Shown here one piece after another: positions 17,657-26,346 of a stretch of 64,000 nt of DNA. How positions within the stretch are numbered: position 1 is the first letter of the stretch; every line of letters begins with the position of its first letter. Below the pieces are notes generated by a model that was not told the origin of the DNA, did not search any database, and was given only the letters and a program-made list of their open reading frames with translations. The position numbers and the translations under genes are program-made. The DNA is from Candidatus Nealsonbacteria bacterium (GTDB lineage: Bacteria; Patescibacteriota; Minisyncoccia; Minisyncoccales; RBG-13-36-15). The DNA lies in assembly GCA_011050465.1 (NCBI GenBank), contig DRFQ01000009.1, positions 192,334 to 256,333 of the forward strand, read 5' to 3'.

Positions 17657-18256
17657 TTAGAATGCTCTTTTACACTTTGGGCATACAAAATGTGCTACAA
17701 ACCAATGGCCATTAGTGCGCGTATAGTCAGGAATCAGCTCTAAAGCCATTTTTGTTTTACAATGAGAACATCGAAACCCTTTTGAAAAATCAATATCCTG
17801 TTGTAATTTTGCCGCATCCGCTCTACCTTCTTTTACCTCAAGCTTGTAAGAATTAATATTTTTTGTAATATCCACTTTTGTTAATAACGCATGGATCTTG
17901 CTTAATATTTCTCGCGGTGAATAAAAGCCCTTTACCGTATAATCGTTTGCCCCTAATTCGAGACCTTTTTGAATATTTTTTTGTCCTCCCAATACTGAAA
18001 AAATAATAACAGGGATATCCTTTATTGCTGCGTCAGCACGAATATTTTTTAAGACTTCAAATCCATGCAGTTTCGGCAAAATCAAATCCAATAAAACCAG
18101 GTCTGGTCTTTTTGATTTTACTAACTGCCATCCACTCTCCCCATCTTCAGCTTCTAAAACCTCGTACCCATCATTTTCAAGAACGTCTCGATAAATACGC
18201 CGGAATCCTGCTTCGTCTTCAATAATTAAAATGGTCCCCTTGTCCTTTTTATTCAT
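17657..18256 (-). CDS. response regulator: receiver domain fused to a C-terminal zinc ribbon
   Basis: ILIIEDE...DLVLLDLILPKLHG...ANDYTVKG gives the receiver D/D/K pattern. The C-terminus has CSHCKTK...CPKCKRAF. Confidence 0.8.
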   Translation of the reverse strand: MNKKDKGTILIIEDEAGFRRIYRDVLENDGYEVLEAEDGESGWQLVKSKRPDLVLLDLILPKLHGFEVLKNIRADAAIKDIPVIIFSVLGGQKNIQKGLELGANDYTVKGFYSPREILSKIHALLTKVDITKNINSYKLEVKEGRADAAKLQQDIDFSKGFRCSHCKTKMALELIPDYTRTNGHWFVAHFVCPKCKRAF

Positions 18257-18290
18257 ATGTTTCTTTATGCATAACTTTGCAATTCAGTTA

Positions 18291-18674
18291 TCAAGTGTTT
18301 ATTAAATTTCTTAACCTCTCAACCAATTCTCGTGGCGTTGTTTTATCTTTAACTATGTACTCTTTGGCGCCAGCGTTTAGAGCCTCTTTAATGTCTAATT
18401 CTTGCCCTAATGCGCTCAAAATAATAACTTGTAAAGTATCTAGCTTATTGTTGGCTCTTATTTTTTTTAAAACCTCGACTCCAGTCATGTCAGGCATCAC
18501 CACATCAAGCAGAACAAAATCATAGTCTCCAGAATTAACTTTTTCCAAACCGTCTCTCCCATTCTCCGCTTCATCAACTATAAAGCCATCTGCCAAAAGT
18601 CTCTCCTTATACATCTTTCTTATAAAAGAATCGTCGTCAATAAGGAGTATTCTTTTCTTTATTTTTTTAATCAT
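18291..18674 (-). CDS. single-domain response regulator (CheY-like)
   Basis: ILLIDDD, FVLLDVVMPDMTG and AKEYIVKD. It overlaps the kinase stop by 4 nt (ATGA). Confidence 0.85.
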   Translation of the reverse strand: MIKKIKKRILLIDDDSFIRKMYKERLLADGFIVDEAENGRDGLEKVNSGDYDFVLLDVVMPDMTGVEVLKKIRANNKLDTLQVIILSALGQELDIKEALNAGAKEYIVKDKTTPRELVERLRNLINT

Positions 18675-20776
18675 TTTTTCTTGAAATAAATATAAAATGT
18701 AGTTCCTTCCCCAGGCTTTGTATCAAAGTTTATTTTTCCACCCTGAAGATCGATGAACTGTTTTGCAAGGTAGAGTCCTAAACCCGCACCGGCAGCTTTC
18801 ACTTTCCCGCCTAAAACCTTCTCTTTGGCAAAGAGCGTTTTTTGATTCTCTGGTGTTATACCCTCACCTTCATCCTGAACTGACATCACAACATCTTTTC
18901 GATCCTTATGCAAGCTTATTGTAACAGAGCTGGACGGCTTAGTAAATCCAATCGCATTATGTATTATATTCCTAATAATCTCTACTGATTTGTCAAAATC
19001 TGCCAAAATATAAAAATTTTCCTCGGGATACTCTTTTTTAATTGTAACGCCTTTTTCTTTCGCCATTTTCATAAGAGGAGACAAAGCAATCTCAAGTATT
19101 TTCCTGATTTGTACATTTTTTATATCAGCTGTCAGCATTCCTCGTTCAAGGCGCGAGACATTAAGAAGATCATCAATAAGTTTTGAGTTTCTGTCAGCAA
19201 TAGCAAACATATCGTTTAAATACTCTTTTTGCTTTTTGTTCAAAGGACCAGTAAGACCACTAAGCATATTATCAATAAACCCTTTTATCTGCGCAGAAGG
19301 AGTTTTTAGTTGATGGGAAGCCAATGAAACAAACTCAGTTTTGGCGCGATCAATTTCTTTTTCCTTGGTAATATCCCTCTCAATGCCGACAAAAAACATT
19401 ACATTGTTTTCTTGATCAAGCACCGGAGCAATATGCGTTTCAGCATCATATATCTCTCCATTTTTTCTTTTATTACTAAGCTGATCGATAAAATGCTCCT
19501 TTTTAACCTTAAGAGTATTCCACATTTTCTTATAAAATTCCGGCTTCATCCGCTTCCCCCACAAAGACGGCCTTTGACCAATCATTTCTTTCTTTGAATA
19601 ACCAGTTATTTTCTCAGCTGCCTTGTTAGCATATAAAATAAAACCGTCGATATCGGTGATAATAATATGGTCGGAAGCATGTTCTACGGCCAGCTGAAAT
19701 TTCTTCAAATCTTTAGTAAGGCGATCAGCAATCCTTTCAGCTCGTACTTGTGTTCGGGTAAAAGAATACAAAACAAAGAACAACAAGACGCTGAAAGAAA
19801 CTCCTCCTACGGCAACCGCAAGCGGTGTATATTTTTCAGTGCCAATCAAAGTGGCAAAGCTCGGAAGGTCATGAAAAGAAAGCTTCCAATCCCTGCCCCC
19901 GACATTAATTATTCGCTCCGCATTAAATTCCGGCACAACCTTATGTTCAAAATCTTTACGAACAAAAAGTATCGACCCTGATTCATCCACCGCTTCAACG
20001 TGCAAGTTTTGGGATTCTGGAAATACGCTCAAAAGCGATTCAAAAAAATCACTAGCCCGAAACACAGCAAGCACAAAACCATTAAGCGCTTCTCTCCTTT
20101 CTTGGACTGTTTTTATAGATATGCCCTCTTCATACAATGGAAGGAATATAAGAAATCCTGCCTGCTCTTCTTTTTCCTGCACTAATCGGATAGGCGCTGT
20201 AGTAACAGGAGTATTTGTGTCTCTCGCTTCTTCAAGAGCCATTTTCCTCGCTGGATTTGAAAAAAGATCAAAACCAAAAGCCTCCTCGTTTCCCTTGAAA
20301 GGCTCAATGTATGTAACTACAAAGTACTCTTCGCGCTCTCCTTCAGGATAAATGATAAAATCAGGATAGCCTTCGGATATCATACCTTCTATATCATCCC
20401 GCACATCTTGCATGAAGGTCTCTTTATCTTCTAGGGGCACTCGAGCGATAAATTCAAGCGCCTGGATTCCCGGGAATTTTTCCTCAATCGACAAAGAGTT
20501 TACGTAGGCACGAAAATCATTGCGGTCAACTTTCTGGCTTGCTGCAAAAAGACCGCGCATGCCATACAGTATATTTATATATTTATCAATACTTTCTTGA
20601 ATATGGATATGGGTCTCTGTAACTATCGCAATAAATTTCTCCTCCTTTTCCAGATTCAAAATTTCTTTTGTTTTATACCAGGCAAAACCAGTCAATATGA
20701 AGAAAATCATAAAAAGCAGCAACGGAAGAAATAGTTTTTTCAAACTGATTTTAAATTGTGGAGTTTTCTTCATCAT
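18671..20776 (-). CDS. sensor histidine kinase with extracytoplasmic CHASE domain, PAS, HisKA and HATPase_c
   Basis: N-terminal TM helix. CHASE-like block (YFVVTYIEPFKGNEEAFGFDLFSNPARKMALEEARDTNTPVTTAPIRLVQ), then a second TM helix and a PAS domain (IIITDIDGFILYANKAAEKITGYSKKEMIG). H-box EFVSLASHQLKTP and G-box GAGLGLYLAK. Confidence 0.9.
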   Translation of the reverse strand: MMKKTPQFKISLKKLFLPLLLFMIFFILTGFAWYKTKEILNLEKEEKFIAIVTETHIHIQESIDKYINILYGMRGLFAASQKVDRNDFRAYVNSLSIEEKFPGIQALEFIARVPLEDKETFMQDVRDDIEGMISEGYPDFIIYPEGEREEYFVVTYIEPFKGNEEAFGFDLFSNPARKMALEEARDTNTPVTTAPIRLVQEKEEQAGFLIFLPLYEEGISIKTVQERREALNGFVLAVFRASDFFESLLSVFPESQNLHVEAVDESGSILFVRKDFEHKVVPEFNAERIINVGGRDWKLSFHDLPSFATLIGTEKYTPLAVAVGGVSFSVLLFFVLYSFTRTQVRAERIADRLTKDLKKFQLAVEHASDHIIITDIDGFILYANKAAEKITGYSKKEMIGQRPSLWGKRMKPEFYKKMWNTLKVKKEHFIDQLSNKRKNGEIYDAETHIAPVLDQENNVMFFVGIERDITKEKEIDRAKTEFVSLASHQLKTPSAQIKGFIDNMLSGLTGPLNKKQKEYLNDMFAIADRNSKLIDDLLNVSRLERGMLTADIKNVQIRKILEIALSPLMKMAKEKGVTIKKEYPEENFYILADFDKSVEIIRNIIHNAIGFTKPSSSVTISLHKDRKDVVMSVQDEGEGITPENQKTLFAKEKVLGGKVKAAGAGLGLYLAKQFIDLQGGKINFDTKPGEGTTFYIYFKKK

Positions 20777-20965
20777 TCCAATTGTTTTTCTGAATCTTCA
20801 AAAATATTGATAAAAGTGTGGCTTATAGTAATTTTATTATACCACTGCCTAGGAATTTTGTTGATCCGCTGCTACCTATATTCAACCCCGAAATGCAACA
20901 CTTGAGGATTGAATTCATGGATATTAAAAAAATCGCCTTTTAGACGATTTTAAAATTCGTAAATA

Positions 20966-21079
20966 ACGCGTCTCGGTCGGGGTGTCCCGCCCTCTAAGCA
21001 AATAGATAAACATACAGCATAGAGGACCGGGATGAGACAAATGGGACACTATTTAAGGGTATATTTTGGTGTCTCATTT
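20966..21079 (-). repeat. modular repeat, copy B (H1 + H2)
   Basis: acgcgtctcggtcggggtgtcccgccctctaagcaaatagataaacatacagcatagaggaccgggatgagacaaatgggacac...gtgtctcattt. Near-identical to copies A and C. Confidence 0.8.
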
Positions 21080-21141
21080 TTAGCTTATCCTACTGATGCC
21101 TGAAGGGATATTTCGCTATTTCAGAAATTTGTAGCCAACTA

Positions 21142-22455
21142 TCAACATTTCTGTATAAATTCTTTTTGTAGTCTCCTTTTCCTAAAAATACTCAATGTTT
21201 TAATATGTTGCTGTGCTTCTTCTGATTGTCGAATCAAATTTATTTCTAGATCAATGACCTTTGGGTTTACCTCTAGCGCTGTTTCATTAAAACCTATAAG
21301 TTTTAGACTATCTAATGTTTTTACTCTTGATAGAGCGACATATCCCATTCCTCTTTCGAATGCTTTACTAAGATCAATTTCGGCAGCATCTAGGGTCATC
21401 CCTTGGCTTTTATGAACGGTAATCGCCCAGGCAAGCCGAAGAGGTATTTGACTAATTTCAGCTTTTACCACATCGTCCTCTTTGATTGTCCAACTCGCAT
21501 GGGTAGCGATGATTTTTTTACCGGAAAATATTTTCACTATAGGATATTCATTATTATCAAACCCAACTACCTTGCCAAGTGTGCCGTTAACATACCCTTT
21601 GTCAACATTATTTTTCAAAAACATAACCTTAGCGCCTTTCTTAAGCGTTAGTTCCTCAGACGCCAAACAGTTTCTTTTCAATAACTCTACAAGTTTAGGC
21701 TCTCCTTTCAAATGCATATCATATACAAACTCTTTTCCTTCTATTTTATCTAACTGAAGATGATTTATGGCATCAACGTCTATATTATGAGTATATAGCT
21801 TGGTCGGTTTAATGACAGATGATAGTTCTTTGTTTTCTCTACCCGACAATAACTGAAATGATTCATCTCTTATTTTATTGTTCCTTATGTCAAATAGTAT
21901 TTTTGATAGTCTTGGATCTACATGTCGGTGCTGTTCTTGTAGATAACAGACTTTCATGTCCATATTTCGCCACACCTCGGACTCTGTAACAAATTTTGCC
22001 CCATCACCTCCGCCTTTCTGCACAGGGGGTAATTGAAAAAAATCCCCCGAACAGATTATTTGCATGTTTCCGAATGGTGTCAAATTATTTTTAAATGCCT
22101 GACATATATTATTTATAAGATCAAACTGGAAAGAATGAAGCATAGATATTTCATCAATAATAATAATATTAGTATTCCGGAATCTCTTTTGCAAATAGCT
22201 CCTCTTCAATAAATTTCGTATATTGCTGTCTGTTAGTTTTTCTTTAATGCCTAGCCCAGACCATGAATGAATGGTAACCCCATCCATATGTGTTGCGGCT
22301 ATTCCAGTTGATGCTGTTACAGCTACCTTTACTTTATTTTTTTTAAGATACGAAATATATTTGTTCAATAAAAAAGTCTTGCCGCTTCCAGCCTGACCCG
22401 TTAGATAAACATTATACCCTAATTTTAATATATCTAATGCTTCTTTTTGTGTCAT
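21142..22455 (-). CDS. PIF1/RecD-family (SF1B) DNA helicase
   Basis: Walker A GQAGSGKTF, Walker B IIIDEISML, GDFFQLPPV, and the C-terminal WAITVHKSQGMTLD. Confidence 0.85.
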   Translation of the reverse strand: MTQKEALDILKLGYNVYLTGQAGSGKTFLLNKYISYLKKNKVKVAVTASTGIAATHMDGVTIHSWSGLGIKEKLTDSNIRNLLKRSYLQKRFRNTNIIIIDEISMLHSFQFDLINNICQAFKNNLTPFGNMQIICSGDFFQLPPVQKGGGDGAKFVTESEVWRNMDMKVCYLQEQHRHVDPRLSKILFDIRNNKIRDESFQLLSGRENKELSSVIKPTKLYTHNIDVDAINHLQLDKIEGKEFVYDMHLKGEPKLVELLKRNCLASEELTLKKGAKVMFLKNNVDKGYVNGTLGKVVGFDNNEYPIVKIFSGKKIIATHASWTIKEDDVVKAEISQIPLRLAWAITVHKSQGMTLDAAEIDLSKAFERGMGYVALSRVKTLDSLKLIGFNETALEVNPKVIDLEINLIRQSEEAQQHIKTLSIFRKRRLQKEFIQKC

Positions 22456-22506
22456 ATTTTATAATTTTACTCTACCAAAAAATCACCCTCCCTTAAAGGT
22501 GAAGAA

Positions 22507-22620
22507 CGACGTCTCGGTCGGGGTGTCCCGCCCTCTAAGCAAATAGATAAACATACAGCATAGAGGGCCGGGATGAGACGAATGAGACACTATTTAAGGG
22601 TATATTCTGGTGTCTCATTT
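22507..22620 (-). repeat. modular repeat, copy C (H1 + H2)
   Basis: cgacgtctcggtcggggtgtcccgccctctaagc...catagagggccgggatgagacgaatgagacac...gtgtctcattt. Confidence 0.8.
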
Positions 22621-22721
22621 CTAGGGAATTATTGGCTGTTTAAAAAGAAAAGAGCCACCGTAGTTGAAGAGTGTTTGTGCTCTTTTCATCGGGTGGCTTG
22701 GGCCGAAGCCCTTAATGATGG

Positions 22722-22934
22722 CTACGATTTAGTGGACTCCTGAGACAGTCCCAAGTAGAGACTGATTGGCCAGACAGCGGCGCATATCGCTCCTGCCACG
22801 GCAAGGATAATCCAGTGCCATCTCGAAGGTGTTGAACCATCCTCTAATTTCAGCCCTACGGCCGAAATGTACCCCATGGCAACGGAGAAGTATATGGCCG
22901 CGATAACCGCGTAGCCTAAAATGAGCCAATGCAT
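22722..22934 (-). CDS. small two-TM membrane protein
   Basis: SD aaggaggg 8 nt upstream of the ATG. Hydrophobic helices. By eye the patch is GC-rich. Preferred over the overlapping 85-aa ORF in another frame. Confidence 0.5.
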   Translation of the reverse strand: MHWLILGYAVIAAIYFSVAMGYISAVGLKLEDGSTPSRWHWIILAVAGAICAAVWPISLYLGLSQESTKS

Positions 22935-23002
22935 TATGCTGCCCTCCTTTTACCTTTATTATACACCCACATTTCCGTTTTGTCAAGCCCGCAAAACAAA
23001 AG

Positions 23003-23026
23003 AGCCTCTAGCTGGTGCCTGAGGCT
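23003..23026 (-). terminator. intrinsic terminator (family T3)
   Basis: agcctctagc-tggt-gcctgaggct. The minus strand continues cttttgttttg. It lies after the stop of 23053-23298. Confidence 0.5.
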
Positions 23027-23052
23027 ATGAATGATAAAGAACTATATCAAAA

Positions 23053-23298
23053 TTAACTTTCTTTCTCTTTTTCAAGAAGAACACGAAGATATATTGTCAT
23101 TCGCCACAGAGAGAACAAAGTCATAAAAGATGATATCGCAAGAATCCCATAAGAGGCAGTAAGGTTTCTTGTTTCCGTTGTGCCAGTTACCATCAAAATT
23201 GCCATGACAAGAAAAAACAAGAAAACGGCCGCCAAGATAACATATATCCTTATATAGAATTTCGCTCTTTCTTTCGAGCTATCGACTATCTCCGTCAT
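23053..23298 (-). CDS. small two-TM membrane protein
   Basis: The start is moved to the ATG at 23298 (MTEIVDSS) because the track's GTG start lies inside the SD gggaggtg. Confidence 0.5.
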   Translation of the reverse strand: MTEIVDSSKERAKFYIRIYVILAAVFLFFLVMAILMVTGTTETRNLTASYGILAISSFMTLFSLWRMTIYLRVLLEKEKES

Positions 23299-23422
23299 AT
23301 TCTTCACCTCCCGAGTTGTATAAGAACTATTTGATACTTAACCCTATTACATCCTTAGTTATTCGTCAATGAAAAACCGCCTTCTCCTCCATAGGCGGAC
23401 AGGTTGGCGATTGATTTATACC

Positions 23423-23446
23423 GGGCTTGGAGTCTCACTGCTCGCT
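23423..23446. repeat. 24-nt direct repeat, copy 1 (gggcttggaRtctcactgctcgct)
   Basis: Identical to 23883-23906 except for one base. Together the two copies flank the GIY-YIG gene. Confidence 0.75.
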
Positions 23447-23492
23447 CGATTAAAATAATTGTCCTTCGATTTAACTCAGGACAACCCTGAGT

Positions 23493-23756
23493 TTACCGAA
23501 GGGTTGGTTTGCCGAACTTAATAAGATTTAATTTCTTTTCTCTTCTCCATCCCTTAATTTCAGACTCTCGATGCATAGCCTCTTTTAATGTTTCAAATTC
23601 TTCTGAATATCTTAAAACAACTGGTCTGTGAATCTTAGTGTAATGAGCTCCCCATTTCGATTCGTTATGCTGTTTTACACGTTTTTCTAAGCTATTAGTA
23701 CAACCGACATAGAAAGAATAATCGGAACATTCAAGGATGTAAACGTAAAATACCAT
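23493..23756 (-). CDS. GIY-YIG nuclease family protein (small stand-alone type)
   Basis: MVFYVYILECSDYSFYVGCTNSLEKRVKQHN...EIKGW carries the GIY/YVG motifs, the conserved R and the conserved E. The start is taken at the internal ATG; the track's 25-aa extension runs through repeat sequence. Confidence 0.85.
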   Translation of the reverse strand: MVFYVYILECSDYSFYVGCTNSLEKRVKQHNESKWGAHYTKIHRPVVLRYSEEFETLKEAMHRESEIKGWRREKKLNLIKFGKPTLR

Positions 23757-23877
23757 ACTATTTGTCACTTCGTCGTTCCTCTCTTCGAGCCTGAGGCTCT
23801 CAGAGCCGAACGGCCTCAGTGCCTTCTTCAATATTATTTATAGTGCCAAAGGCCCTGATGAATGAAGTGAAGAAGGG

Positions 23878-23906
23878 CTGCGGGGCTTGGAATCTCACTG
23901 CTCGCT
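23878..23906. repeat. copy of the tRNA-Gln 3' end (14 nt) fused to the 24-nt direct repeat, copy 2
   Basis: ctgcggggcttgga at 23878-23891 is identical to 26409-26422, the 3' end of the intact tRNA-Gln. 23883-23906 repeats 23423-23446. Confidence 0.75.
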
Positions 23907-24124
23907 TCGCTGCGCTTTAGACACCCACGGGTTCTAAGTATTACCCCAAATTCGCTTCGCTAGAATTTCGGGGACCCCAAACGTTTCTGCCTCAACGGCA
24001 GAAGCCTGTTTTCCTACACGGGGAGATACCCAATCTCCCCGACCCCCTCTGTGCGGTTCTCATCCAATCCCCTACGCATTAATTCAAACCAGTAACACCC
24101 ATAAAGGGTGTTCTGTTTTCAATA

Positions 24125-24208
24125 CTGGCATCCTCGGTCTAGAACCTGTGTTTTGAAGGGAAATTAGGGGGTTTGAGGCGTGTCTCATTGACGCGTCTCG
24201 GTCGGGGG
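24125..24208 (-). repeat. modular repeat, copy E (L module only, truncated at cgtctcggtcgggg)
   Basis: ctggcatcctcggtctagaacc...ggtttgaggcgtgtctcattgacgcgtctcggtcgggg aligns with 17113-17193 of copy A and then breaks off. Confidence 0.75.
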
Positions 24209-24239
24209 GTAATCTTTTTTTTATTAGAATTTTTCTATC

Positions 24240-25046
24240 TTACGCGAGCTCTTGTTGGATATCTTGCAACTGTTTCTTAACCTTTATGTCTTTTTCCTGC
24301 CTTTGAAGTGTCTCAATTTTCTGATCAAGTATGAGCTCTATTGATAATTTAATTGGTGCAAAATATCTCAAACATTCTTCCTCGGTCAACTCATGAACAC
24401 CTTTGCTTAAAATTGAATAAATACTTTTCATCTCCACAAGTTGACTTGGTAAAAATGCTTTAAGTGTTTCCACTTTATCCATCATCCTTTGTTGTTTAAA
24501 ATCAGCTTCAGCAACTCCGATAGAGACTGCATTTTTTGTATACGTCTCGAAAATGAGGTTTTCGAAGATCTTACGTAAATACACAAAAGACCCCGCACCA
24601 GCACCGTGTGCAACCAAACCAATTGCTTTTTTCAGATTCTTTAAGTCTTCGGTTAGAAGTACTTTGTCGTATTTCTTACCAATCTCGGAGAACTGTAAAT
24701 CCGCAAGCGACGGGTATTGCCCAACCTTAAAAATGATTTCTCTATTTTTATAAACAATGAATCTCAGAATATCTTCTGATTTTCTCTTGCAAGTGAGAGT
24801 TATTAGATAAAATCCAATGTTTACATGTTCACGGATATCACTAGCCCATATATCCCAAGTATCAATTTCATCCATATTTATATTGTATGTAGTTTCCGAA
24901 CTATTCTTGGCACTATACGCGTCTACGTCACCATTGAATGTATTTTGTTCGAGTTGCGCTAAAACCACTTCTTCATACAAAGGAGTCTCAAAATAGAAAT
25001 TATGTTTACTTATTATATTCTCTTCAGTTGTAGTTTCTTCTGCCAT
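24240..25046 (-). CDS. hypothetical protein, C-terminal half DUF4145-like (tentative)
   Basis: 268-aa ORF. AIGLVAHGAGAGSFVYLRKIFENLI...LPSQLVEMKSIYSILSKGVHELTEEE resembles the helical DUF4145 pattern seen in restriction/Abi-type proteins (from memory). The N-terminal half is unrecognised. Confidence 0.45.
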   Translation of the reverse strand: MAEETTTEENIISKHNFYFETPLYEEVVLAQLEQNTFNGDVDAYSAKNSSETTYNINMDEIDTWDIWASDIREHVNIGFYLITLTCKRKSEDILRFIVYKNREIIFKVGQYPSLADLQFSEIGKKYDKVLLTEDLKNLKKAIGLVAHGAGAGSFVYLRKIFENLIFETYTKNAVSIGVAEADFKQQRMMDKVETLKAFLPSQLVEMKSIYSILSKGVHELTEEECLRYFAPIKLSIELILDQKIETLQRQEKDIKVKKQLQDIQQELA

Positions 25047-25139
25047 ATTCTTTATAAAACAATTGTTCTATTTCATTGATGTGTTTCGGTCGGAATATTT
25101 TTAAATTAAAAAGATGTTAGTGCTTTATGAAGTATGTTT

Positions 25140-25694
25140 TTATGGTCGAACGATTAAATGACAGTAGAGTGGCCGACCACTATAAATCCTATCGCTAACT
25201 ATTTCTTCACGAAGGGCGACGACATCAGGGATTGAAGAATCTGGATCGTAGATAAAAAATACTAGATGCTCACAATGCTGATGGTGACGGTATACTTCAA
25301 TATCATCATGAAGTTCTTTCGATATTTGTTTTCCATGTACCTTATCGCGAATAAACTTTGCCTCAATAACTGTTTTGGCAGATTTTGAAAGAAAATCTTT
25401 AATAGCAAATCTGTTACCTACTTTTTCTGTTGGATTCTCATAAATCAAGTCAGTTACCCAAGGACGTAACATTAGATAGATCGCGTCTTGAACATCATTT
25501 TCCCCTTCAAGATTTAATTTTGCACCAGTAGAACGCCGAGTATTTAAATACCGGACACATTCCGTAAACTGCTCTAAAGCAGACACAATATCTATATAAG
25601 ATAATTCTGTCTTTAATTTTTCCTCGAGGTGAGGCCGGAATTCTGCTAAACTTGCGCAAATCTCCGCTTGTTGTTTTATGTTTTTATTCACCAT
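25140..25694 (-). CDS. hypothetical protein with PD-(D/E)XK nuclease-like core
   Basis: ...NDVQDAIYLML...FAIKDFLSKSAKTVIEAKFIRD...LVFFIYDP gives D-x12-E-x-K in a beta-strand context. Its ATG overlaps the upstream stop by 11 nt. Confidence 0.5.
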   Translation of the reverse strand: MVNKNIKQQAEICASLAEFRPHLEEKLKTELSYIDIVSALEQFTECVRYLNTRRSTGAKLNLEGENDVQDAIYLMLRPWVTDLIYENPTEKVGNRFAIKDFLSKSAKTVIEAKFIRDKVHGKQISKELHDDIEVYRHHQHCEHLVFFIYDPDSSIPDVVALREEIVSDRIYSGRPLYCHLIVRP

Positions 25695-26346
25695 TAATCT
25701 TATAAAGACGATTTGCGATACTCTCTATAATTGCATCGTAATCGGCCTTGCTTTTGTTTTCTGGTAAATGAATGTGTAGATCAATTCTTAAAACTGGTTC
25801 ATTTGTAGACTTACTTACACCATTATCGCCTACGGTGGGAGCGCTTGATTGTCCCGATTGACTGACACCATCAAACGTGGCGTGATCAGCTAACGCTTTA
25901 AAGGTATCAACTTGAAAGCGAATTGTCTTTTCTCCGCCACCAGAATTGATATTAAAAAAGCTTGTCAGTTCCTCAGTTGCTGCCTTCTCTGGATTCTTCA
26001 CATTCTGAAAGAGGGTCTCGTAAACGACTTTAATTCGTTCGCCAAGTACAGAAGCACCAGTCTCTTTTTTCATAAATTCCGTATAGTGAGTAGTCGGTTC
26101 ACCTGCAGCCGATAAAAGATCAAGTTTTTTAAGAACGCGTAAAATTGATTGGTCGTTTGCGTTTCTGAGCCCCCATACCTTTAGGGTCCCACCATTAATT
26201 TTGGGTGGTTTTGGTTTTCCTGGAATCATTTCAAGAAATTTCCGTAGCGACTTAGGAACCGTACAATAAGGAAACTGTGGATTACCATAGGTAGTTTCCT
26301 TAGTTTTTTTATCTAGTTTACTATATTTTTTTTGTTCTTTAGCCAT
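25684..26346 (-). CDS. DUF5343-like protein (tentative)
   Basis: The start is taken at MAKEQKKYS. PKSLRKFLEMIPGKPKPPKINGGTLKVWGLRNANDQSILRVLKKLDLLSAAGEPTTHYTEF matches my recollection of the DUF5343 N-terminal pattern. Confidence 0.45.
   Translation of the reverse strand: MAKEQKKYSKLDKKTKETTYGNPQFPYCTVPKSLRKFLEMIPGKPKPPKINGGTLKVWGLRNANDQSILRVLKKLDLLSAAGEPTTHYTEFMKKETGASVLGERIKVVYETLFQNVKNPEKAATEELTSFFNINSGGGEKTIRFQVDTFKALADHATFDGVSQSGQSSAPTVGDNGVSKSTNEPVLRIDLHIHLPENKSKADYDAIIESIANRLYKINGE

Noticed and set aside
22729-22986. 85-aa ORF overlapping the 70-aa ORF at 22722-22934.
   Set aside because: The 70-aa frame has a strong SD (aaggaggg) and clean TM helices. The 85-aa frame is Arg/His-rich with no SD.
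23907-24124. A hairpin-rich noncoding stretch of about 220 nt, considered as a known structured RNA (RNase P, tmRNA, SRP or 6S).
   Set aside because: I could not find any of the conserved sequence blocks I remember for these RNAs. It may still be an unknown ncRNA or decayed repeats, so no call is made.
14998-24208. Reading the dispersed repeats as a CRISPR array.
   Set aside because: Copies are 70-200 bp long and separated by 1.3-3.8 kb of coding sequence. They are modular rather than short, regularly spaced direct repeats, and there are no cas genes.
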